From Chara braunii (Eukaryota > Plantae > Charophyceae): a DNA stretch of 59,949 nt. The first letter of the stretch is position 1, and each line of letters begins with the position of its first letter. Below the pieces are notes generated by a model that did not search any database, was not told the DNA's origin, and worked only from the letters and a program-made list of their open reading frames with translations. The translations under genes were made by a program, and so were the position numbers. Location: NCBI GenBank assembly GCA_003427395.1, contig BFEA01000012.1, positions 2,102,711-2,162,659 of the forward strand, in the 5' to 3' direction. Shown piece by piece: positions 49,901 to 59,949 of this stretch.

Positions 49901-52900
49901 GTAATCCAAATAGAGAACCTTTTGTGTAATATCTGATTCAACCTCTCGATCTCTGACATTAAGGTCGATCCCTCTCAGTGTAAGGTGAAAACCCTAGCAT
50001 ATGATTTATGTGCAATTTTTGAAAACTCACTGAGGTCAATGAATACCTTGAAAACCTGTCTGGATGAGTACTTAGAGTTATCGGAAGCCTCTGTAAATTG
50101 GGCAAAATCAGTGTTTTTTATCCTCAATATTCACAAACTTATTGTAAATTGGGAAATGAAATGTATTGTTGCAAAAAATTCTGAACATTTTTTAGGCGTT
50201 CAAGTTTTTATTCTTTCGTGTAGCGTTGACAAGGGTATTTGCCGGGGATTTTTAACGTCGGACGTGGTCCGACCTTTTCGTTTAATTGAAGGACATGATG
50301 AGATTGACGTTTGTCAAAAGTTATTCAGACCTGACCTATGAATGACATACTAAAAGTTTTCGAAGTTGAGTCCAAACGTGTGTGGCGTCCGATAGTGATG
50401 GCAGTAAGCGGTCGTGCCTCGCCTTTGGCGAAGCCGCAGGAATGTGTGCGCATGGGAACGGTAAAGCTAGTCTTACTCTACCTAAAATAATGACGCGTGG
50501 CTGTTAAGCCGCGCGATTTAGGGTCTAAGTAGGCTAAAAAGAAGGACGCGGCGAGGGTAGGACCACGACGCGGAAGGAATAAAATGTTTTTTTAAATTAT
50601 TTGAGCCGCGAGGTTTGACTTTGAGCTAAGAGGCCGACAGGTCAATGTCGGGGCTATACCCATGACTTAAAGGTTGGCTTTGGGGCCGCCCAGCTGAGAC
50701 GCCTACCGGGTGGACGACAGAGCGACAGGTTAGAGGGACTAGAACTAATGTTGGGTTTCACGCTTGGTTGAGACTGTCCTAGTTGACCGGCGTCTGCTCC
50801 GCACCTAGGAGATCAACGCCCTAGGAACGGACGACGCTCGGGTCCACTTGGCGTTAACCAAGTGTATCTATACTACAACGAACGAGCAAACGCCCTCGAT
50901 TGACCTACCTCGGCAATTGCATTTAAAAGCTTTCACACGTGGGTCAGTAGCTCGGTAGGGATACGCCCCTCGTGTTCACTTGGCATTAACCAAGTGTATC
51001 TGTACTACAACGAACGAGCAAACCCCCTCGACTAACCTACCTCGGTAATTGCATTTAAAAGCTTTCGCACGTGGGTCAGTAGCTCGGTAGGGATACGCCC
51101 CTACGGGTGGTGACAACCCCTTAGGGAAGGAAAGCTTATACCCCTCGGAAACCTATCCTGTCGTAGGGGACCGAGGGATGTACAGTTGGTGCACCCGGCT
51201 AGAGCGGCGAAGGGACGATGCGACCCCGGTCGTCTTGGCGGTTCGCGCGGTTATTATGCGTCCTCGCATGGTTATTATGCGTCGTTCCTAAGTTGTCTCT
51301 TAGTTTTGTTATGTTTAAACTTCTGCGTGACATGGCTGGGAGGACTCTTGCCTTTGCGAAAAACGCGAGAGCCGATGCGCTCGACAGCGTAAACCAGAAG
51401 GGTATTTTCCTCCAACGCTCCTTGTAGCGAGTAGCGATGTGGGGTAAAGCTACACACCTATCCCTCTACGGAAGGGTACTGGTTATCAATAGTGCCCTAT
51501 TCTCCCTCCTTTGGTTTGTGATAGTTGTTAGGCCTTTGGACAAGCATTTATGCTTCCTAATAAGGAGGAGGGCAACCCGTTTCATTTGCCTTATGCAACC
51601 AATGATGAAGGCTTCATGTCGATCTGCTTTGCTTCTCAAAAGTAGAAGGAGGCTTGAGATTGATTCACCCTCGAAGAAAGAGTATTGCTATGCTGGTCCG
51701 ATGGGTTATTAAAGCAATCTGCTCACTGAAAGATTCTCACTGGCTAGCTCTTGCGGAGGAAATCTTAGCTGTCGAATGAAACCTCGCACGTCCCTCGGAT
51801 GTTTTAACATATTTTTTTCTCAACTCTTACCAAAATCGTATAATCAAGTTTGAGTTATGAAAGGCTGTGATGTATACATAGAAGCAACTCAAGCCAAATG
51901 TTTGGTTGAGTCCTACCACGGAGAATGAAATGCTGATGCAACCCTTATTTGAGAACCCTGCAATCAGAAAAATTGATTGGAACTGGTTTTCCGCCGACTC
52001 CTCATGAAATAGTCTTGGAAAAAGTTGGATAGACTGGGGGGTCATAAGGATTGACAATATTTAGAACCTCTTGGAGGGATAGTGGTATTCGACAAGGGCA
52101 CTGGAAAAAATGTTGGGCTCGGTTTGATATATGGAAAAAAGGTTAGTGGAACTAATTGACGCTATCCCCATCCAATTGAAGGGTATCCTGGGCCCAGAAG
52201 GAATTGATCCACCTGGGACCTAATATATTTTCACTTCGATAGGCTCCATCCCTATATTTTGGAAATTGGTGGGTATTGATTCCACATGGAATAAGGAATT
52301 CCAATGTTGGGAAGGTGTTAATACCTTAAAGCCTTGTCAACTGATTCAACTATAAAATCCAATACATCCTTCCCTCCCCTACATGTCGGTGTGACCCAGA
52401 TCAGGGTATGAGAATCCTGTGATGAAGAACAAAATTGGACTTGTAAAGTTCTTGCACATAACGTTGTATTAACAGAAGTCGAATTTGGACCCGAGGATGT
52501 GTGGATGAAAGGGGGCAGTGGTGGATAAGATTTTCCTCTCATATCCTATACGGTGCACCAGGGTTACACATCACAGACACCCACACCGTCCCGGTCACCC
52601 ATTGATCCAACAGTCTCCATGTGGAGTCAGATATTGGATTGCGGGAGAAAAAAAATTGAGAATGCAATCTCCAAATATTGGAACCAGTTATCGCAGGCAC
52701 CTAGCCTCAGGTTAGCAGTAAATCTTTGACTGCTTTCCCTGTTGGCCACACCGTCGACGGTAAATCTGGCACAGAGGGGCATAAAGGTTGATCTAGCTTG
52801 CAAAAGGTGTAACTGTGCATTTTAGTTAACCCCACACCTTTGGTTTGATTGCCCGACTTCAAGCCGTATATGAAAATGATGGAGCATATTCTGGGATGAT

Positions 52901-53719
52901 ATCATCAGGAAAATATTGACATGTGACCGTGAGTGAGTCCTATCGGGGGGAGTCTCAAACAACTTGGAGCTCGATAAAGGCTGAGGTTATATCGCCTAGA
53001 CAGCAAGAGCGGTGGGCTATAAGGTGATTTGGAAAGAAAGAAACGAGTGTTCGAAGGAAGGGAAATGATAAACAAGGAGATAAGAACAATGTTTAAATCC
53101 TCTCTACGACGCCCAATTCAGGCTGACTAGAGAAGGAAAGGAAAACGGGGTTCGATGCTGTGGTTCGGTAAAACTTGGGGCCTAGGGGGCAAGTTGGCAA
53201 AATTGGAGGGAGGCAAACTGGTTCTAACAGACTGTTTTTGGACCAACTAGTTCTAGATTGCGAACCTGGTTGCTCGGTTCGGTTTTCCGTGAGAGGAAGG
53301 CAGTAGGACCAGGATGATGAAGAGAGCGACGGAGGTGGCTTTCGGTCCCTTGAGTCCGATCTGCCGTTTTAGGCAGTACGGGATTAGCTGTAGGGTATGG
53401 TAGTAGGAGTTGATGAGATAGGTATGATCTAACTTAGGTGGTCGGGGTAGTTTGTTGGTTTGTGAGGGTTTTTGGTTTGTGGCGTTTTTTTTTTTGTTCA
53501 GTGTTCCTTTTGGGTTATTGGGCTTTTCAGGTTTGAGACAATTGTTGTTAGAGGTTGAGATTTCAGGACAGCGTCCTAAGACAGGTACATTTCTGTTCCT
53601 AGATATTTCTTTGCTCCAAGGTAAAATGTGATGTTCGAGCTATGCTCGTAAGCTAAACTGGCTGATGCTGCCAGGATAACTCCGGGTTGAATTGTGAAAA
53701 AAAAACAAACAAAAAAAAA
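46921..53719 (+). mobile_element. 5'-truncated, degenerate L1/Tx1-type LINE (ORF1 tail; ORF2 from 47917)
   Basis: MGRLRLATLNVRGLG, AGDWN, RT LDLEKIYDRVNW / RQGCPLTP, LSLYGRVLVINS, zinc-finger remnant at about 52800, poly(A) 53697-53719. Confidence 0.9.
50227..51386. mobile_element. Solo LTR (1160 bp) inserted in the LINE RT
   Basis: TG...CA ends; GCGT duplicated at 50223-50226 and 51387-51390. Removing it restores the frame LSCSV-NQKG. Internal about 130 bp tandem duplication at 50846-51102. Confidence 0.85.
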
Positions 53720-54483
53720 CGGTTCTTTTCGGATCTTTTAAAAAAGAGTGTTGGCTTTAGACACTACTGTTACTTGATGGGGGTTGGGGAAGATGAAAAG
53801 GGAGGCACAGTTACTGGCAGATGCTCGGTCCTTGTGTTAGCCGGGGCCCCACCGGCGGCCCCAACCCTGCACCCTAAGATGCTAGGGCAAAGGGGCAAAC
53901 ATGCCACTACCCCTCTCCACCGAGAGAGGTAACCTCCCTTCATCCAAGAGAGGTAGAAAGCTATGCTTGCAGGGGTCCCCTGTATAGCCGTAGGAGTCTT
54001 GGTAGGTAGTGAAAAGAAAGATAGGTTCCATGACATGGCAGAACGCCAGTTAAAAGATATGTGAGGTGAGAGAAAAATATATGGCTGTCCCCCAATGAGG
54101 AGAAGGCAGCTTTTTGGAAAAAAAAAAAGAAGGAGAACAGGTGGCACCAGACGCTAACCTTTTCCCAAAGAAAAAAAAAAGGGAAAAAAAGATGCTAACC
54201 TTCAGCCACCCCTTTCATCCTTCAAAATGACTGCAGGCCGTTTGGGCCGACATGCCCGTGTGCCCTCCACCTGTGCTTCCTCTGCGCGCTTTCAGTTTGC
54301 CGATGGCTGGCTGACTCTGCAGACCTGCCAAGGCCCTGTGTTCCTTGGGAAGTCTGTCTGCCAGGACTGCTGCAAGAACCAACATGCACGAGGGGACGTC
54401 GGGAAAGTCTGTCAGCGTCTTGAGAAGCGGTGCCCATCTTTCTCAGGGTTCCCGCCGATTTACAGGAGCAGGGGAAGGGGGTA

Positions 54484-54503
54484 GGGGGCGGGGCGGGGCG
54501 GGG
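54484..54503 (+). promoter_or_regulatory. GC-box cluster about 190 bp upstream of the LOLITA ATG
   Basis: GGGGGCGGGGCGGGGCGGGG; function inferred from position only. Confidence 0.3.
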
Positions 54504-54688
54504 AATGTATAAGTGGAAACACTTCAGAAAAGAAAGGTTGGCTTTTGCTGTCGAATGCGGCAGGAAATCGTCGTCGAGCTGGGGTCGAATCGAAGCAACT
54601 GGAACTGGACCTGGGTTCTGCAAAGCCCGAGCCACTGCTCTTTCCATACGTGAACGTGAATTCATTATCATCGAGAGAGGCAGGGGCA

Positions 54689-54741
54689 ATGATCCTGTGT
54701 ATTTTGATAACTAACCGCGCCGGGAGCGTGCTGTTTGAGAG
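54689..54741 (+). CDS. LOLITA: LOLITA (TPLATE/TSET complex small longin-domain subunit) exon 1 MILCILITNRAGSVLFE(R)
   Basis: ATG at 54689, donor gtaggt at 54742. Joined to exon 2 it gives MIL.....N..G.VL.ERFYGVPAEE...W.SFL.KLGA.NL, the plant LOLITA N-terminus. Confidence 0.85.
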
Positions 54742-54907
54742 GTAGGTCTCACGTTTCGTTTGGTCTCGTCTCGTCTCGTCTCGTCATCTGAGAAAAGCGG
54801 GCGATATGTGGGTTGCGCTCTTCTCGTCGTCGCTTTTGTGCTAGACGTGTAGCTGTCTACCCTTCACCCTCTCTCTTCATCTCCCTGTCCGCCTCTCAGT
54901 CTGTCTA

Positions 54908-54944
<37 letters not shown>

Positions 54945-55222
54945 TTCTCTCTCTTTCCCTCTCTCTGCCTCTCTGTCTTTGTCTTTATGTAGGTTTTTTT
55001 TCCTCTCTTCACCTTGATTAGATTGTCTTTGTCTTTATGTAGGTTTTTTTTCCTCTCTTCACCTTGATTAGATTGTCTTTGTCTTTGACACGAGGTCTGA
55101 CTGAGGTCGTGTGGTGATCGACAAGGAGTTTCAGCATGTAGACACTCTTCGGAGAACCTTCTTCTTTATAAGTTGTCGACAATCTTTATGCAGTTGCCTC
55201 CCTGCTTCGACTTGCCCCCCCC

Positions 55223-55570
55223 NNNNNNNNNNNNNNNNNNNNNNNNNNNNNNNNNNNNNNNNNNNNNNNNNNNNNNNNNNNNNNNNNNNNNNNNNNNNNN
55301 NNNNNNNNNNNNNNNNNNNNNNNNNNNNNNNNNNNNNNNNNNNNNNNNNNNNNNNNNNNNNNNNNNNNNNNNNNNNNNNNNNNNNNNNNNNNNNNNNNNN
55401 NNNNNNNNNNNNNNNNNNNNNNNNNNNNNNNNNNNNNNNNNNNNNNNNNNNNNNNNNNNNNNNNNNNNNNNNNNNNNNNNNNNNNNNNNNNNNNNNNNNN
55501 NNNNNNNNNNNNNNNNNNNNNNNNNNNNNNNNNNNNNNNNNNNNNNNNNNNNNNNNNNNNNNNNNNNNNN
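55223..55570. other. Assembly gap (others at 32554-32608 and 35948-35962)
   Basis: N runs. Confidence 0.99.
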
Positions 55571-56548
55571 GTTGGGTAAAGGGCAGGCGATGAGGGGGGA
55601 TTGGTTTCTTCTTGGGATTCGGTGTATTTTACGCGTAATGTGCGAAATTGCAAGTGAATCTTCAGCTTGAAGGTTGACAAATACGCTTCAAGTATGTCAT
55701 AAAGAGATGGCGGGGATTGCAGTCCAAATGTGTCATAAATGGCGATTGTATCTGCGGCTAGAAGGTGCAAAGATGCACGCTATATTTGTTTTGGTCTTTT
55801 TCTCACATTCGGTGAGCGATGGAGCGAGGCTCCTTCTCATTTATATGGTATCGATAGATCGAGTCGTTGCTTGCTCGAGAATGTGTTTTATAGATTAATT
55901 AGTTAAGTTTGTTGCTAGGTGGATTGTATAACATATATGTTGACTACCATCTTCCCCCCCCGAACATAACGCACCCTGAAAATGAACGTATAGAAGTCGT
56001 CTTTCCGGTCCGATGCAGTCAAAATGAGGGTGCGTTGTGTTCGGGGGAAGACGGTAGTTTTGTTTTGCTTGATCGGTGATTAATTAGAAAAGATTCCTTG
56101 TTTCACATACAGTGATCTCCGGCTGAAGGGACAAATTACGAGTACTACCTTCTTCCTCCGAATACAACGTACGGTCATTAGAGCTGTATGTATTTAGACT
56201 GAAAGATACCCCAAATGCAGCTATAATAACCGTACGTTGTATTGGGGGGAAGAAGGTAGTGAGACAGGACCGAAGAAAATGGATGTAATGGATGATACTA
56301 TAGCAAGATAAATAAAATGGACGGTTCTGATTTCATCTGAAATCAATCATTCGACGTGGGTTTGGGGGCTGGGGGCGTCTGATTTGGCATCGGGGTAGGG
56401 GTACATCTGTACTTTGTGCATCGGGGTAAGGGTACCTCTGTACTTTGTGCATCGGGAGCATCGAAGTTTCCTCAGGTCTCTTAGCTTGCCGTCGTCGGAT
56501 TCCGAGAAGATGGGACTCGCCGCACCACTGTCGAAAGGCGAAAAAAAT

Positions 56549-56638
56549 GAGTGCATCTTCCTCAGAAAGTGGCAAGATGCATCTGTTACTATTGCTAGCA
56601 ACGGATGCATCTTACCGCTTTCTGTGGAAGATGCATTC
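56549..56638 (+). other. 90-nt near-perfect hairpin; second copy at 57477-57555
   Basis: 43-bp stem with 3 mismatches and 3 G-U pairs; 4-nt loop TTGC. Confidence 0.8.
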
Positions 56639-57744
56639 CTCCTTTTCACTTTTCAACAGTGCTCTGGCGAGGCCCGATGAATCGTGATTGTGGCGGTAGA
56701 GTACTGGGGTGTATGTGTGTCGGGATCCGGCTTGTCCCGACAGGCCCCGTCTCCTTTGCGTGCTCTCCTTTCGCCTTCTACGTCTCCTTGGCTCGCTGAT
56801 TGCTCTCTTCTCTCTCTCTCTCTCGCTTTACTTTTCTCTCTCTATCTCTCTCCTTTTTTCTCTCTCTCTCTCTATAGCCTTGGTTTCTTTCTCTCAGCTC
56901 GCCTCTCTTGCCTGTCCTAGAGTAACGTCTCTCCTTTGCGAGCCTCCTCTTCCCTTCTCCGTTCCCCTTGGCTCCCTCTTTGCTCCAATCTCTCTTTCTC
57001 GCCCTGATTACGCTCTCCCTCTCTCTCTTCTCTTCCCTGTCCTATCTGTACGCTCTCTCTCTCTAACACTTTTTTTCCCTTCCGCTCCTCCCCCCCGCCC
57101 CCTTCCCCGTCCTTTTTTTTTCTCTACTCTCTTTCCCGTTCATTCCCTTTTTGCCCTTCCTTGCTGTCTCGCCTTTCTCTTCCTGTCCTTTCCTTTCCTG
57201 TCTTTCACTCGTCAGGTTTGCTGTATTTTGCGTTGCTATCCCTCTGATTTTTGAACGCTTTCGTTTTGTCTCCCCTTTGTTTGATCTCCTCATGTGCGAT
57301 GCATCGAACTCCTCTCTCTTTCTCTCTCTTTTGTGTGGTGCAGCGTCGTCTTCCTCTCCTTTTCCTCTTTCTCCCGCACTTCCTTGTCCTTCATCTCTCC
57401 CTTCGCTCTTCTTCCTTTCTTTTCTCTCCTTCCTTTCTTTTCTCTCCCTTCTTCCTCTCCTCTCCTTGTCTGTCTCCTCAGAAAGTGGTAAGATGCATCT
57501 GTTACTATTGATAGCGACGGATGCATCTTACCGCTTTCTGTGGAAGATGCATTCCTCCTTTTGTCTCCCTCTCGTGTCTTCTAAGCGCCGGATTCGAACT
57601 CTTTCCTCTTTTTTTCTTTTTTTTCTTTTGTTTCTTTTGTTTCTTTTTTTTTTGTCTTCTTTTTTTCTTCATTTCTTTTTTTCTTTTTTTTCTTTTTTTT
57701 CTTTTTCTCTTCCATCCCTTCGGCCCTTCCGTTTGTTCGGTCTG

Positions 57745-57922
57745 TTGGGCTGATGGAGTGGGGGTGGGCTGTGCGCTGTGGGCTGATGGAGTGGGGGTGG
57801 GCTGTGGGCTGTGGGCTGATGGAGCGGGGGTGGGCTGTGGGCATTGGTGAAGAAAGTCCCGTTGCTCTCTTGATGGAGTGGGGGTGGGCTGTGGGCTGAT
57901 GATGACGATGGGTGCGTGTTTT

Positions 57923-57988
<66 letters not shown>
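57745..57988 (+). repeat. About 33-bp G-rich minisatellite followed by about 64 nt of poly(G)
   Basis: TGGGCTGATGGAGTGGGGGTGGGCTGT units; G-run 57925-57988. Confidence 0.9.
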
Positions 57989-57991
<3 letters not shown>

Positions 57992-58043
57992 GAGGGGTGT
58001 GGGTTATCCGGGGAGAGGAGGGCGTGGGGTGTTCCTCTGACAG

Positions 58044-58157
58044 ATTCTATGGCGTTCCGGCGGAGGAGAAGAAGCCGTGGACTTCGTTCTTGAAGAAGCT
58101 CGGGGCGGAAAACCTGCAGTATGCGAGAGAAGAGGAGGAACTCGTTGCGTCCCATAG
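58044..58157 (+). CDS. LOLITA: LOLITA exon 2 FYGVPAEEKKPWTSFLKKLGAENLQYAREEEELVASH; later exons lie beyond the window
   Basis: cag acceptor 58041-58043, gt donor 58158; phase matches exon 1. Confidence 0.9.
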   Translation: MLWRSGGGEEAVDFVLEEARGGKPAVCERRGGTRCVP

Positions 58158-58444
58158 GTACCTCATTCACAATATTTATTTAGGAACTCGTTTCATTTAC
58201 AGTAGTATTTACTGTATTTATTTATTCAGGGAGTACTCGCTCCTGGTCTTTCCAAGATGCATTTGCCCTCCAGATTCAGGAGATAAAAAAAAGTCTCAAG
58301 TCTTTTAGTGTGAGTATGCCCGTACTCTATTGCTCGATCAGGACTCGGGTGCCTTTCTTCTCGTACCGGGAAACGGAGCAAAACTTTTCTCTGCTTTTTT
58401 GTGTGCGTGTGTGTTGTTGTTGTTGTTGTTGTGTGTGTGTGTGT

Positions 58445-58527
58445 TGTCATATTCGCTATGCACACAACTCCAGAAAAAGCATGACTGTGCAGACTGTTTC
58501 GTCAGCCTTTCACGGACTTGTCAGGAG
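58445..58527 (-). mobile_element. Partial copy of the hammerhead element, next to (GT)n and cut by (GA)n
   Basis: Minus CTC-CTGACAA-GTCCGTGAAAGGCTGAC-GAAACAGTCTGCACAG; G8 is mutated. Confidence 0.75.
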
Positions 58528-59566
58528 AGAGAGAGAGAGAGAGATTGGTGACTGTGTCGGGGACATTCTTGTGCCCAGTCGACCTGTAGTAATGGGAGGA
58601 CGGGAAATGATTGATTGGTCATTAATGGATGAGAGATCTTTATTTTGAAAAATCATTTGGGTATCAGACGGATCTTGACCGTTGGTTTGAGGTAGAAACG
58701 TTTTATTCGTGCTGATCATTAAGTCTATCAATCAGATAAAATCAAATCAATCAATCAATCAATCAATCAATCGATCGACCAATCAATGAGCAAATCAATG
58801 AGCAAATCAATCAGTCAACCAGTCAATCAGCCAATCGATCGATGGGTCAGCCGTCTGTGTGTGCCATCAAGAATCATTACGGACAGCAATTCACAGATGT
58901 GTCGGGATGATGATCCGGTTATAGTCGGGATCTGGATGCATCTACATCGGTGTTTCATTCCGACGATTGCGGACAGATACGGATGCATCCCTATCCCGAT
59001 CGTAACCGATGCATCCCCTCGGTTACCATGGATAGGGAAGATGGATGCATCTGGATATGGATGATGCATCTGGATGTGGATGATGCATCTGGATATGGAT
59101 GATGCATCTGGATCTGGATGATGCGTGCGTATTGATATCCACTGTGTTGGTGGTGATGGTCCGTTGACGATGATGGATATGGATAATGATATCTAGTCGA
59201 GAAAGTTTCTTGTACTTTCGAAAATACAGGCAAGTTAATTTCTTCTACTTGGGAAAGGAAAGCCACCTTCGCCATCTACTGCTGCTAACCGAGTGTTGTT
59301 TTCGTCTCGGTGCTCTTTTGCTCTTTGGTGGTTGGTCTTTTATTTCGTTCCCTGTATGAAAAAGGACGGTAGCGAAGAGAGAGAGATTTAAGAGGACCTA
59401 AGAGATTGACGATGATGGTGACGATGACGGAGAGGAAGCGAGATGAGAAATGAGAGTCGGAGGTAAAGAAGGTGGGCGAGAAGAGAATCATTCTTGTGGG
59501 AGGGAGGGTGGGAGAGGGAGGGTGGGAGGGAGGATGAAGAGTATGAAGTAGCAGGACTGTGCCGAA

Positions 59567-59623
59567 CAGACTGTTTCGTTGGATTTTCACCGACTCATCA
59601 GGAGGTTGAACCCCGACAGTCTG
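59567..59623 (-). ncRNA. Type III hammerhead ribozyme
   Basis: CAGACUGUC^GGGGU-UCA-ACCUC-CUGAUGA-GUCGG-UGAAAAU-CCAAC-GAA-ACAGUCUG: all core nucleotides present, stems I-III form, GUC cleavage triplet. Confidence 0.88.
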
Positions 59624-59813
59624 CACAGGAATACTCACACCAACCCCGCAATCGTAGCAGACTGATAGATAAGGAATCGCCACATCGCCCAGAGTTAGCG
59701 ATACCCATTCCTAAGAGAGAAGTGGCTGACTTTACTCACACCAACTCCGCAATCCTAGCAGACTGTCGGTCCAAACCCCTGACAAGAACGGAAGTAAGTC
59801 TGAGAAACTATTT

Positions 59814-59817
<4 letters not shown>

Positions 59818-59882
<65 letters not shown>

Positions 59883-59894
59883 ATGCGTGTGAGA

Positions 59895-59949
<55 letters not shown>
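59818..59949. repeat. (GT)n/(GA)n compound microsatellite
   Basis: Direct reading. Confidence 0.95.

Noticed and set aside
55111-55770. ORFs of 160-194 aa
   Set aside because: Mostly run through the N gap.
56684-57850. Long Leu/Ser/Phe- or Lys/Arg-rich ORFs
   Set aside because: Artefacts of CT-rich low-complexity intron sequence.

Overview
Eukaryotic, repeat-rich nuclear DNA from a green-lineage organism. Gene structure, long TE-filled introns and microsatellite load suggest a charophyte such as Chara, but this is inference. Two host genes lie head-to-head about 27 kb apart. One is a complete 7-exon 20S proteasome beta-3 subunit gene (PBC1/PSMB3, minus, 27354->3425, 204 aa). The other is the first two coding exons of the TPLATE/TSET small longin subunit LOLITA (plus, from 54689). 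The rest is decayed Ty3/gypsy elements, three L1-type LINEs of different ages, a solo LTR, several MITE/foldback families, a U6 retrocopy and simple repeats. The most notable signal is a canonical-core type III hammerhead ribozyme (minus, 59623->59567) inside a short non-coding element associated with (GT)n/(CA)n microsatellites, with at least three more decayed copies in introns of both genes; it looks like a retrozyme or non-autonomous Penelope-type family. Also notable are an LTR carrying mitochondrial-type tRNA-Met and nad4 fragments, and an unassigned, possibly Nudix-like C-terminal ORF1 domain shared by two divergent LINEs.
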